Shown one piece after another: positions 23,066-35,486 of a stretch of DNA of 64,000 nt. Both the position numbers and the translations under genes were made by a program. The DNA comes from Amoebophrya sp. A120 (lineage: Eukaryota; Protista; Dinoflagellata), in the NCBI GenBank assembly GCA_905178155.1, contig CAJINV010000004.1, positions 3,245,035 through 3,309,034 of the forward strand. Reading direction: 5' to 3'. Position 1 is the stretch's first letter. Each line of letters starts with the position of its first letter. A model generated the notes under the pieces. The model saw only the letters and a program-made list of their open reading frames with translations, had not been told where the DNA came from and made no database searches.

Positions 23066-26000
23066 TCATAGCTGTTCGTAGTCGGTGTCCGCATATGGGA
23101 CCAGGCCGAGGCAGGGCCGGTAAGCCCAGTGCCGGACCTCGCGGCCCCCGATCTTGATCCCGAGCGCCGCACCCAGCCCGCGCCAGATCAGCTGTATGAA
23201 GTTGCCCCCGCCCTTGGGCTCCTCGGGCAAGACGGGGCCTTTTTCCGCCGCGAGCAGGACGTCCGGGTCGCGTATGGATGTGTCAGGATCGAAATCGACA
23301 AAGTCGAAAAATTTGTGATGCATAAAATGTAGGGCACTGCAAGCCTGTATTAGGGAGCAGGCAAATGAGGCCGATTGTAAGCCTGTTTAGGGGTATCTAT
23401 ACAATGTGCTGCCAGAGTAGCATGAGAGGAGCAGTCTTCTTCGCCCAACCAGCGCGACAGACTGGATTTGGGCGCTCCCGAAATTTGTCATGCGCCACTT
23501 GGAAACTGAGGCTGCTCCAACTGAGGTCGATTTTGCGCATCACAAGTTTTTCGATTTTGGCAATTTCGGTTCTAACACTTCCATATCGCGCAGAAACTTC
23601 GTCGTCTTTTCTTCGTCCCCTAGGTCGCCGTCGGCTCCGTACACCCAGCCGACACGTTCCAGGACCGGGCGCATGGCCGCCGCAGGCTTCCAGCCCGGCG
23701 TGCCGAAGGTGGCGGCGATACTGCCGGCGGCGCGGAAGTCCGGCCCCATCTTCCCCAGCTCTGCCAGCGCTCCTAACAGCTCGGCCAGAAACAGAACCTC
23801 GTCGTCCCACATGTTGAATATGACCATGGCCTGCAGACAGAGCAACGCCGCACTCTCGGCGTCTTCCTTGCTGGGCGGCCCGCCCTGGTCGCAGACCTCG
23901 CGCGCTTTTTTCGCCTGCAGCCCCCAGCCGCAGGCACACAGCTTGGGTTTCAGCTCTGCTTTCGCGAAGTCCGGCTGCGCGAAACACTTTTCGCCCCACC
24001 GCAGAAACACCCCGCGGGCGCCCTCGAACCCGCCCGCCAGGTGGTAATACCCCGAGCCGCGCTGCTCCGACGGCGAGTCCAGTTTCCGCTCGGCGCAGGG
24101 CGGAAGGTCCTCCTCCTCCGCCACCTTGGCGTCCGCGAGCTGCTTGTTTTCCCCTGAATGCACGTGGCACATTTGCCCTGTTCCCTGTTGCTGCGCCAAG
24201 AAGCTAGCGTACAGGATGGTTTTCCCACTTTCCTCGGTTTGGTCTTCCCCGGGCTCGTCGACGATGTGCAGAAACTTCGTGCTCGAAATATCAAAATGAA
24301 AAACCCCCCTCCCCGTATCAAAACGGAAATCTGTGATCGATGCGGGATTTCAATACACAAATCAAATTTGTCTTGCACTAGAGCACTGCACGCAGATCGC
24401 AAGCCTAGGCAGGGGCCTCTTGCTGTAGGCGCCTAGCATGGCAGAGGCAGACGTCTGCCCTGTAGGCCTTGTAGCATTACAAATCGCCTACATAACGCGG
24501 CGGACAGCCTAAATTTGCCTTCTTGCAAGACAGAGCGGCTTTGTCGTCACAAATCTGCATCACAAATTTTCAGGAGGGTGCGTTTTCAATATGTGGAGGG
24601 GGGATTTTTCTTTGGAATACGAGACCTCCTGGTTCCCGCACGCGATCTTGGCATCCTGCAATGGGTATGGATTGCAAAAGTGTCTGGGTCTGGAAGATTG
24701 CAACTTGTCATGCTAAATCCGAATAATGCAAAAATCTGTGCTGCATGAGTGCCAAAAGCTGTACACTTTTGACCAAGTTGGGAGGGAGTTTCTCATGCAG
24801 GATAGGCATGGCAGAGACCTCACAAACTCTGTCATGCTAGGTTCCGCATTCCAGACCTCAGGGGTCATGGAAAACCTGCATGACAAGTTTCCACTCTTCC
24901 AGACCCAGACATATTTGCATTTGATAATGGGTGCAGCGCGATCAGGCCTTCGACAGCGGCGGGCAAAGTTTCCGCCTTGTCCAAGAAGGCGCAAACGTCC
25001 TCCTCGGTCGTGCTGTCGGTGGAAGACGATGTAGACGTCGAGGAAGAAGATGATGTGCTACTCGTTGTCGTTGTGGTACTACTTTTTTTCTCCTCTTCTG
25101 CTGACGCTTTGTCGTCTTTCTCTTTGTCCTCTTTATCTTTGTTTTGATCACTCTCGTCTTGGTCTTCCTGGACGAGTTGCACAGCCGCGGAAGTTGTTGT
25201 ACTAGATTTTTCGTTTTTTTCTTTCTCTTCGTTTTCTTTGCTGTCACTTGATGTTGTTTCATCTTCTACAACCTTCTTATCGCTTTCCTTGCTGTTTTTA
25301 TTCTCCTTGCTACTAGCACCTCCGTCTTGCGTGAACTCCACGCTCCATCTTTGGCACAGATTTTTCATGTGTTTCCGCTCGTGGCTGTCGTCGCTCAGCT
25401 GCGTTCGCGGCACCTCGAAGGTAAACTGCGCGCTCGCGCCGCCGAACGAAAAGATGTGGTTGTTTTTTTCCGCGCGGGTTTCCAGCTTCGCCTCCTCCCA
25501 CCCGTGCAGGACCCGCATGTGCTGCGAGTCCCGGATCACAAACGCATACCCGTCCTTCTCCCCCTTTTTGTTCAGCTTCATCACGCTTTTCTCGTAATTC
25601 GCGAAAATTTCGTTTGGGTTTTCGTGCCGAAGCCGGCCCCCCGCGGTCGCGTATCCCACCGCGTGAATGGGGATCACGCCAGTAGAAACCGCGTCCGCTT
25701 TGTACTTGTCGCTGTTTTCCACCACGAAGCCCTCCGCTAGACGCAGCACCAGGCTCTCTGCTAGCGCGTCGCACTGCGCGGGCTCGTCCGCATTCTTGCA
25801 GGGTTGCAGGATGTCGCGGGACGTGTGCACGCACCCCTCTCCGGTCAGCACGCGGTCCTCTTCCCCACAACGAAGGAGCGCTTTGTGTGGAGGCGCCCTC
25901 AAGCGTTAGTACGCTGATCGCTGATCATGTTGCGTGGTTTCTACTATGTCGATCTACCACAACGACCACACAGAACCGGCGTCACCGATTCTGTATGATC

Positions 26001-28840
26001 ATTGAGCAAGCTACTGACAAGCTTCCAAAGACAATAAAGGGCTCAACAGCATTGACATCCACCGTGTCGAACCTGTCATGCTGGCAACTTTTGCTTTCGC
26101 GTTTGCGGCCAAGAATCTTGCATCACAATAAACCAAGTCCAACTAGAAATAATCATGCAAGAGCGATCAATGTACTTAAGCTTAACTACGTTTGACAACG
26201 CCATACCTTGGACCGCGTACCGGAGCTACCGACGTCGTGGGCAATGAAGAGCATCAGGTTCGGACAGCCGTCCTTCAGATCGATCGTGCAGGTGGCAGCC
26301 TGGGTTGCTTCCACGCCAAGGCTTGTCGTGGTACTGGTGGTGGTCGTGGACATGCGCATCGCGCGCGCCAGCGCTTCCGGGCCGGTTTGCAGCACCAGAG
26401 GCTGCTCGGCGTGGTCGATCCCGGCAATGCTGTCAGAATTGCACACCTCCGCCAGTGGCTGCCACCGGCCCGCTTGGCAGCGGAGCACGGACCCTTCCAC
26501 TACCTCGAATGCCGTTTGGATCGTGGCAACAGAAGAAACCGCCGGGGACGACGAGGCTGCATCGATTTCCACCACGCCACCTGCATCGACCGAGGTCGAA
26601 GTACTAGCTGGAGCCATACTGCCGCCCAGCGGGACAGTGCGGTACACCCGCCGCCTACCCGAGACCCGGCCGTTCGCGCACCGCCAATTGTCGCACACCG
26701 TGCCCTATGAACTGCAAAAGTATCGCACTCGTAGTAATCGTAGTCATGCATTACAAATTTCTTTCTCAAGTCAAATCCGCATTACATTTCTCATGCTGAG
26801 AAAATTTGTCATGCGATTTATACTAGTACGATAGTTTTGCAAAGCATATACCCGGTTCGATGGCGCCGTAGCAGTAGTCGCCGTACTTCTTGGCCGGATC
26901 GTTGGGCGACGCGACCTATCAATTGAAATTATGTCTTGGAGGTCTGGAAGATTCTGAGACTTGTCAGGCGCGTTTTGCATGAGTTATGATGTCTGTGATG
27001 CTTGCATGCCCTAGCATCACAGATTTTCCAAGGGCTTCTTCGTGCCTATTCCGCATGACAAACACAAATGCGCTCTCCGCGTAGCAAAAATAGATTCCTT
27101 TGGCTGCTCATGCAATACAGATTTTTGTGACATCCAAATGCAGCAACACAAGTTGCATTCTTCCAGACCCAGACATATTTGCATTGGATACGACCACGCG
27201 CACGTCGACCATCTTCTGCCGTTTCCACTCCTTGACTTGCGCCGTGTCCACCTCGCAGGGACATTCGCGGCAGGTCCCCGCGTGGGTCAGACAAAACCCG
27301 TCGTTGCAGCCGTACGATATGCATTTTTGCAAAAGTATAAGTATCGTACTAGAAGGAGTCTGAGTCGCATTTTTCATTTTCTTCAACACGTACACGACAA
27401 ATAGACGATTCTGTCATGCTGAATTACCTATGGAAGCGTACAGATTGGTCGTGCACGTCTGGCATTTATTTAAATTTTATACGAAAATACAGTAGTTTTG
27501 CAACGCATATGCGAATAGCCCCGGCAAAAGGTGCCGTCCACGCATTTCTCCCCGGCGGTGTAGTCAGGTTGTGCTAGCATCGTCGCCTCCTCGTCCGCAT
27601 CAGGCTGGTTGCCATCGAGAACTTGTTCCACCGGATAGCGGAGGAGATCCTCTCCTGCTCCTATCTGACGTTCATCATTTTCTCGCGAAGCAGGCGGTGG
27701 AACACGACGCGATGCAACTGCTTCCGAACTTGTTGTGACACGACCTTCCTCCTGGCTGCCTTCTGGTGGAGATGTCGTGCTGGAAGACCTCCTTGCGTTC
27801 ACCCCTGACTTAGACTTGGTGTCCTCCTCATCTCCTGAAGGAGATTCGACGAAACGTCGAATGCTAGAACTAGACGTCGCACTATCATCTTCAGGAGTTG
27901 CAGCATCGTCCACTGGAGATGAATTCTTACCCGCTGATGAACTCTTTGTTCCCGTCGTGGTGCCGTCGGAGGCTGATGCGGTACTACCGTCGGACGCCAT
28001 CGAACTCGACGTCGAAGAAGACCCACTGTCCACTGTTGCGTCTTTTTTGCCAGTCGTGCTCTCGTCGGTTGTTTTTTCCGAAGAACTACTTTGCTCTTCA
28101 TCTATTTTTGTCCCCGCTGTTGGAGTTGTACTAGAGGAAGTGGTAGAGCCTGCAGAACTGTCGCTCGTGCTGCCTGACGTAGAGCCTCCGGAAGATTCCT
28201 TTTTTTGGTCCTCTGACTCTGAGGGCGCAGCACTTGAAGATGCATCTCCTGCTGGGACCCTGGTATGATCGCTACTTTCGCCCTTTTCGCTAGTACTATC
28301 GCCCTTCTCACTGCTACCGGCCGCGCTGTCTTCCGGTTCATCCGCCTTCTTGTCCTCTCCGCCTCCTGCATTATCATTTCCATCATCCGCTTTTGTATTT
28401 GTTGCATCTTCTTTATTGTCCTTGGAAGTAGACTCCTCCGTTGTAGTACTATCACCGGACGGTGCCGAACTACTGCCTTTGTCTTCTGTATTTTCATCAT
28501 CACCCCCATCACTCGCTTTTTTGGCGCTATCATCTTCGCCGCCCTCATCTCCGTCTTTTGCGGAGGACGCGCCGTCGCCGTTGGTGCTTTTTTCATCATT
28601 CTCTACTGCGTCGTTGTCAGCCGCAGTTTTATCCGATGCTGCTGTCTCGTCGCCGTCTTTATCTCCAGCTCCGCCAGCCTCCGCGCCCAGGACCGCGCAG
28701 ATCTGCTGCGAGATGAGAAGATAATTCCTGTGCGTGACAACGTCAAAGCAGAGTCGCAGGAACGCGGACACTACGAAAAGCAAAAATTGAGAAGACAAAC
28801 GCGGGTGTCTTCTTCTGGAACTTGATGCTTGATGTCGCAT
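23066..28840 (-). CDS. large secreted or membrane-anchored protein with Ser/Asp/Thr-rich spacers and Cys-rich modules, function unknown; 8 exons
   Basis: Hydrophobic N-terminus; continuous frame across ORFs 27470, 27108, 26186, 24865, 23540 and 23066 after removing 7 introners. Confidence 0.7.
23273..23585. mobile_element. introner, family D (313 bp)
   Basis: TSD TCGCG; opposite orientation to the 2177 and 10445 copies; frame restored. Confidence 0.92.
24289..24619. mobile_element. introner, family H (331 bp)
   Basis: TATCAAAATGAAAAACCCCCCTCC../..GGAGGGGGGATTTTTCTTTGGAATA; TSD CGAAA/CGAGA; frame restored. Confidence 0.82.
24666..24926. mobile_element. introner, family A (261 bp)
   Basis: TSD ATGGG; restores LHP|LQDAK. 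Confidence 0.92.
25886..26205. mobile_element. introner, family C-like, degenerate (320 bp; left end TG)
   Basis: Right end ..TTTGACAACGCCATA; TSD CTTTG/CCTTG; restores TRSK|ALLRC. Confidence 0.75.
26706..26848. mobile_element. introner, family B (143 bp)
   Basis: TSD TGCCC/TACCC; frame restored. Confidence 0.88.
26917..27190. mobile_element. introner, family A (274 bp)
   Basis: TSD CGACC; frame restored. Confidence 0.88.
27318..27509. mobile_element. introner, family B (192 bp)
   Basis: TSD TACGA/TGCGA; restores CRGYS(H/Y)GCNDG. Confidence 0.82.
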
Positions 28841-29755
28841 ATTGCACAACTGGAACTAGCTAGTACGAGAACCGATTTATTCCGGGCGACATAGATAGAA
28901 TCTTAACTTAGTGGCTGACGAATCGAAGTATCTTGACTCTTGGGGACGAGTGGAGTCCTTCATTGACCTTCTTGTGTTTTTCGTCTTCTGAATAGTACCC
29001 AGTGTCCTCGATAAAAGGATCGTCCCTGTCGTGTCGACCGATCTACAGAATTCAACATCAGGTAGTGCCACCAGATCTGCGAACCGATTCTGTAAGTAGA
29101 ACACCAACATAAAGTGCTTACGCTTAGCTGCACGGGAAATCGTGCGTGACTCCTGGGCGACCAGCGCGTCTGCGCAACGTCGAAATGCACAGGTGGGGTA
29201 GTGCGGTGTGACTGTGAGCATCAGCATACCATTTGAAAAGCAGAAAATGAGTCAAAGTATGTTTACATCGCGACCTGGTCCGTCTTGCTTAAGTACTAAT
29301 AGAGTCGCAGGGCATGTACAAGTACATGAGCCTGGAGGCCATAGCTTGCTTTCCTATTCCTAAGAATAAGACACGAAAAAAAAAGTTTACCGACGTATCG
29401 TCGCGAAGGATGCAATACAAAGCATGATCGTCCCCCCGACACCGCGGAGCTGTACGAAATGCAAGATGAAATCGAAATCGTCGTCTTCATAATAAGTATT
29501 CATTTTTTGGTACTACACCTACATCATCAAAAAATGGAAACTACAACTCTAGTCCAAGAATGATTCCGTAGCCGCGTGGGAACGCCTTATTCCGCAAAGA
29601 TGAAGGTGGCATCCTTTGACAGAGCTCACATGTAAGATCAGTTTCAGAAGTCACGCTTCCATAATTACGAAAAGCTGACATGCTTAGAAGTCTCCCCCTT
29701 CGAAGATCCTGTCTGCTACAGGAGCTGCTCCCCGAACAGGAACAATGTTGTACTA

Positions 29756-32742
29756 CTAGCCTTCATTCTTGGCGTTAAACACCGCGGCCCTTGACCTCAT
29801 CTCGTTGAGTAGCTGTGCCGCGGAATCCTTCTCGCGCTGGCGGTAGCCGAACTCGGATGTGGCGAAGTTTCGGTGGAGCTCCCCCAGCGCAATGGTGACG
29901 TCGTTAGTGATTTTGTTCGCGATCTTGCGCACGACCGCGTTGGGGCACATCCAGCGCACAGTGGACGAAAATTCCATCGTGATCACCCCCCGAATTTCCA
30001 TCGCATCCACGTACTCGGAAAATTCCGGATTCACATTGCCATTGGCAAGCAGTGGCTGGGGTGCACCACCAGCTTCTGGTGACAACTCAGCTTCTTTATC
30101 TTCTTCCTGCTCGTTCTGGTTCTTCGCCGAAGTTGAAGATGATGTCGCGGGTGCAGGAGAAGCCGTGCTGGCTTTTTTCTTACTAGGAGTTGATGTACTA
30201 GTAGTTTTACTATTTCCACCACCTCCGCCCCCGCCACCGCCAAATTTGGGGTTTTTCCTGCGTTTGGGCGTGACTAAGGCCACCATCGCGTCGGTATAGT
30301 TTCTCTTCAGCGTCTTGCACTCCTTTTTGGATAACCCGGGAACAACCGTGTCCCGGTAGGGGAGGTCTGGCACCTCGTATTTGTGCGTCTTTTCGCTCCC
30401 GTCGCCAAATTTCGGACTGTACATCATGACAACAAACCCGGGAGGGAGGTGAAACTCGTCCTTTTCCGCTGTCAAATCCTCCCCGGCCGGCCCCCGCGTG
30501 CGCTGCGAGTGCATCCGGCTGCGCAGCCGGTCGCGCTTGCGGTTTTTGCCCGTGCGCGCGGAGGTCCCGTCGAGAAGGCAGATCTCCGGGTTGGTACCCA
30601 GGCTGGTGGGGTAGTACTGCCAGTTGGGGTCGATCCAGGCCGTGCTGTTCGACTCGTTCGCGGTCAGGAGGTCGAAAAAGAAGTTCTGGTTAAACGTCTG
30701 CACGGGGCGCATCATTGGCACCGGGAGTTTCACCACGTTGGAGCTGAGAAAATCCCCCTTCGACCACTGCTTCACCATCTCCGCCTCCGTGCACAAGGGG
30801 TTCAGCTCCGGGCCCAAATCTACCTCCTGCATCACCGTCCAGAGTTCGCCCAGCGCTACCGGGAGCCCGAGCACCTGGGTTTGAGATGATGTCAACATCG
30901 ACTTTGAAAATCATTTTGACGTGAGAAGTGGTGAAGCAGCCAACTGATACTTCTTCATCTACCGGGACGAGCAAGTTGATTATACCTCCCTCGCAGGTAC
31001 GCTAACTACCCCTAAGAAAGTCTAACCCGCTACAGCCTGAGGGCACCAAAAGTTCTTGTACAGGTTTCACTTTCATCTACCAGAGTATAATCTACGTTAA
31101 TATACCTCAAAATACGCCGATACTGACTCGCCTTCGTAATTTATCCGTATGTCCATGGGAATACTCAACCCGTACACTGGATCGATAATCTCTGTGGTGT
31201 ACGGCACGTAGTCCTTCGTTCGCACCTCCGTCGCGAGCCCGCCGGGCCCCGTGAGCCCGCTCTTCAACTTTTCGACCGACACCTTCATGGCCTCTACCAA
31301 AACTTTATTCCGCTTGTCCTGCTCCGCCTCGGTTTTCCACACCTCCTGGATGCGGAGAAAGATCAAGTTGCGAAACAAACTGCCCTATCAAATGCAAAAG
31401 TGTAGTCTGAGTCTGGAAGAATTATACAAACTTGCCACGCATATTTTCCATGCCCCATGAGGTCTGGAACGGAGGACCTAGCATGACAGATTCTGCGAAG
31501 TCTCTATCCTGCCTCTCCTGCGTGAGAAACTCCCGCGCATCTTGGTCGAAAAAGGAGAACTTTTGGTGATCACGCAACGCAGATTTTTGTGTGACCCACC
31601 GGACGCATCACAAGTTCCATCCTCCCGGACCCAGACATTTTTGCATTTGATATGCCCTCGTCCAGCTGTCCAAGAAACTGCGGGTCTATGTAGTTTTCAT
31701 CTTGGGTTGTTGCATCAATGCCGCTAATTTTCACGTCCTCGGCCCTAACTCCTGCTCCTACCTCCCCGGTGGGCCGGTAGAACGCCGAGGGCTCGGAGGC
31801 GAGTGCCGCGGAGGGTTGTCGGTTTCTGTCAGAAATTTCCAACCCCGGAAGTTGTGCTTTGTTATTGCCGTCTTGTTTCATCCCTTCGCCTTCCTCCGTG
31901 ATCACAGCCGGACTAGCGGCTTCGCCCTCGGCAGCTGCTCCCGCGATGGGCGAACCGTCCACTTCTTCGTCATGAACCTCCACCGTGGTTGCGAACCGCA
32001 CGATGTTGCGGTCGGGCAGGGTTTCTGTGAAAAACCTCTCCACCCGCAAGTACCGAAAATGCGCTTCTGGGACCCGTAGACACTCGCTCATCTCCCGGAT
32101 TTCCTCGAACTCGTCCTGCAGAAGGGTTCTCACGATGTCCACAAAGTGGTCGCGGTGCTTCTTTGACTGCGGGCAGGTGTAGGGATTCTTCGTGCCCCCG
32201 CCGGAGAGCAGCCAGTCCCGCACCTCGTGTTTCGACAACAGCTCCGGTTCCAACAGCTTCTCGATTTTGTCAAAGGGCGTGGGCACCTCGATTTCTACCT
32301 CGACTTGCTGCCGTGGTTCTTGACCTCCTGCCCCGTCGACGAACTTTATTTTCGGCCCTAAGGAGTTAGTCGTGGCCCCTGCAGTTCGCTCGACACTAGT
32401 TTGTTGTTCAACAACATCCTTAGAAGTTGTTGATGCCAGTACTGGGTCAGGAGCGTCGTCCTGCAGAATCGCGTCACGGCTGGGGTCTTTTGGATGTACT
32501 GTAGTTTGTTCGTTCTCCATATTAAAAACTACATCCTCTTCTTGAAACGTGTCATCGATAATCCTGCGGATAAAGTCTGGCGTGTCTTCCAGAACCAGTC
32601 TGACCGAGGTTTTCCGGGATTTTAGTGTCGGCCGGGCGGACCGGGGACTCTGCATCCATTGCGACAGCTCCGAACGCCGCGGCGCGTGCCGAACCGGCTT
32701 GTTCTTCGCCTTTTTGGCCGACGAAGAGCAACAACTGCCCAT
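29756..32742 (-). CDS. putative acylated (MGSCCSS) protein with C-terminal START/SRPBCC-like lipid-binding domain; 3 exons
   Basis: N-myristoylation/palmitoylation-type N-terminus; one introner and one GT-AG intron join three ORFs; START-like call rests on overall pattern only. Confidence 0.55.
30875..31105 (-). other. canonical GT-AG intron (231 bp)
   Basis: GAG|GTATAT...CCCAG|GTG, phase 0; no TIR and no TGTCATGC motifs. Confidence 0.75.
31386..31652. mobile_element. introner, family A (267 bp)
   Basis: TSD TGCCC; restores LDEG|SLFRN. Confidence 0.9.
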
Positions 32743-33763
32743 GGTGCTTGTATCGTCGTATAGCGTACGAGGAGGGGGCTACGAACTGAAACGAGTAGCT
32801 GTTGGTATTGCTATATAAGGACGACCTGAAATAATGTAAAAACGACAGTGAAGCTTAAAGTAACTGCATGGGGAACGTGCAAACTGTGGAATACTATACC
32901 GAAATTGTAGTTCTAGTCGTATAGTTTGCTGCACTAGACTAGTGCATTGCAGTGGATAGGGAGGTCCTGGAGATGAAGTTGGTTTTTTCGGAATCTTTTT
33001 TGACGGTGTATACATATACACATCGCAGAAGAGACGAAAACCGAATCCGATCGTGGGCAAAGACGACTACACGATTTTTTTTCTCTTGCACGAAGCATTG
33101 ATGGACGACAACGACTCAGCACGGCATGATGAGGACTAATGAAACCGACACAGTTTGTTTCTTGCACAGCTTGAGGTCGTCAGGAAAAATGTTCTATTTT
33201 CTTCTACAACAGCGTTCTGGACCGATGCGGGACGGACGTTCATATTCTAGCACGACCAGAAGGCCTGGACCGATCTTCTTGATATTGTGAGCAAGTAAGT
33301 AGTTCTCTCGACGGGTCGGGAGAGCACATTGACATGAAAGTCCGAAATTTCCGTAAAGTAGTTCTTGCAACCTGCTTCATCCGATGAAGATAATATTTCA
33401 CGTTTGGCAAAATCAATCCTCCTTACTGTCTTTGTTCCGCAAAAAGAGCGGACGGAAGCCGGTTGGAGGATATCACAAAGCATCTATATAAATGCGCTAG
33501 CGCCAATCGGAAGTTGATAAAGCAAAAAAATGCAGCCACCAAACATCTTCTAATTTACAGAAACGCTTCCGGTGTTGGAAAATTGTGATGTCGTGTGGCT
33601 TCAAGCAGCAAAAGAGCGTAGTAGAAAAAAGTATCTTTCTAGTAAAGTTATGGTGTCGCCCAAAATAGTGCTATCAAAATTTGGTTTTGGAAGACGCACA
33701 TACCAATGGAATCACTCAATACCCAACTACTTCACAATCACCCGCAAAATTCTGCCCAAGTTA

Positions 33764-35486
33764 CTACACGCTTGCCAGGAGCGGTCGGTCGTTGTTGCTC
33801 GCGGCTGTCGGCCCCGCAGCGGTGTTGTTCCGGACCACATTTGTTCCGCTTCGCCCGCCCCGGAGCTGCCTCCACTGCAGCCGGAGCTTGCGGTGGAAGT
33901 CGATGCCCCAAAAAATGCCGACGAACAGACAGGCGAACCCGGTCCAGGTGAACACGATAGAGAACATGACACCGTAAAAGTTCAACGTGCCGTCCGAATT
34001 GTACATCCCTGCGAAGCCGGTACTGTAGCAGAAGTCCGAGTACTGGGCGGGCACTTCGGGGTACTGGTGTTTCCCCCGCGGGTCACAGTGCATGCCCCAC
34101 GCGTCGTTCATCAAGTGCCGAACCAGGTCAGTGAGGATCAGAACGGTGGCAAGGACGAGGAGGTAACAGGGACCAAACTTCTCGAAGTGCGGACGCTTGC
34201 TCTGTGGTGTGATGGATCATCTTCATGTGAAACGAGGTAGCATTTTGATAGATTCAAAGTTGTAGCTGCTTTTCATCAGGCAAGGCTCTTTCTGTAGTAC
34301 GTACAACAAATTGAAAATTGAAGTACCCTGACTGGGTGCGCTTTGCACTTGACGATCATGAACTGAATCATGTTTGTGAAAATGGCCATGTTCATCCCAA
34401 ATGTGAGGGAGTGCGATATTACAATGAAAAATGCCCCCACCCCCGAACTCGGGAGCGTTTGCATTGCAAGCCTTTCCAAATGAAACATTTGCCCACTTGC
34501 ATCTATCAGCATCACAGGTTTCCGCTCGTCAATAGCAAAAATCTGTATTGCAAAAGACCCCAGCAAGAGTGGCGCTTGTCATGCAAGCGATGCGATACAC
34601 GCCCAGGCTCTGCATCAGAGAGATTCTCTTCATACTCCTTTCATGCATGGCAAAAAGTTTTCATTTGGAAACTTCGCATCACAAATTTTTGCAACTTTCG
34701 GTGTGGGGGCGTTTTTCACTGTAATATGCGAAAATTGCCGACTCGCGGCGGTATTCAGCCGGGACAAGCCCGAAAAAGTATCAAATGCAAATATGTCTGG
34801 GTCTGGAAAGTTGTGATGCATGTTAGTGAATATTAGGGGGTGCATTGTAATGCATCGCCACGCATGACAGATTTTTCCGTGGCTTTGTGTTGCGTATTCC
34901 GCATGAGAAACAGCGTTTTTGCATGACAGACCAGAGGATCTCTTGCTGGCCACGCAATACAGGGCTCCTCGTCATGCCAGACGAGCATGACAAATCTCGC
35001 ACTCATTCAGACCCAGACATATTTGCAGTGCATAAAAGGCGCTGGCTAACAACAGCGGCCAGCATCAGCTTCCGACCAACGCTGGAATGGAGCACACCAT
35101 CGTGGCCAACGCGCAACAGGTACTCCGCCGGTCCAGCTCCGGCTCCTGACAGGAGTCGTCCACATCTGTGGTGGCGGCGCAGTGTCGTCCTTCGGCCGTT
35201 GTGCTGGAGGCGAGCGAAGGACCCACATTCACGGCCGGTGGAGCTGTTAGTGTTCGTAGTTTTGGTGTGATTTCTGTTGCTAGTATGCTATGCGACGAGG
35301 TTCAACTTTTCATGCACATCCATGATGCACACACAAATTCAAATTTTTGTGGACTGCAAGAAAATGCAAATGGACGATCTTACGATGAAAATAAACCATA
35401 CCATCCGCGAAGAGCTCCGATGTCGATGGTCCTCAGTTTCCGGTGGTGCACTCCCCGTCGTCGGTGGGGTTATGGGCAGAACTCAT
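33764..35486 (-). CDS. putative membrane selenoprotein (MSP-like) with two in-frame UGA codons; 5 exons
   Basis: Spliced frame MSSAHNPTDDGECTTGN[TGA 35433-35435]GP...CCALATMVCSIPALVGS[TGA 35065-35067]CWPLLL...SHSLTFGMNMAIFTN..KFGPCYLLVLA..DLVRHLMND plus TM helices. Confidence 0.65.
34202..34326 (-). other. canonical GT-AG intron (alternative donor at 34332)
   Basis: AGG|GTACTT...CCACAG|AGC, phase 0. Confidence 0.65.
34417..34726. mobile_element. introner, family H (310 bp)
   Basis: TIR TATTACA(A/G)TGAAAAA(T/C)GCCCCCAC; TSD TGCGA; frame restored. Confidence 0.9.
34779..35034. mobile_element. introner, family A (256 bp)
   Basis: TSD AAAAG/AAAGG; restores LASA|FSG. Confidence 0.87.
35244..35401 (-). 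other. canonical GT-AG intron (158 bp)
   Basis: GATG|GTATGG...CACTAACAG|CT, phase 1. Confidence 0.65.

Noticed and set aside
33000-33760. SECIS candidates (ATGA at ~33380 and ~33243 on the minus strand)
   Set aside because: I could not form helix II with a closing GA by eye; this needs SECISearch3.
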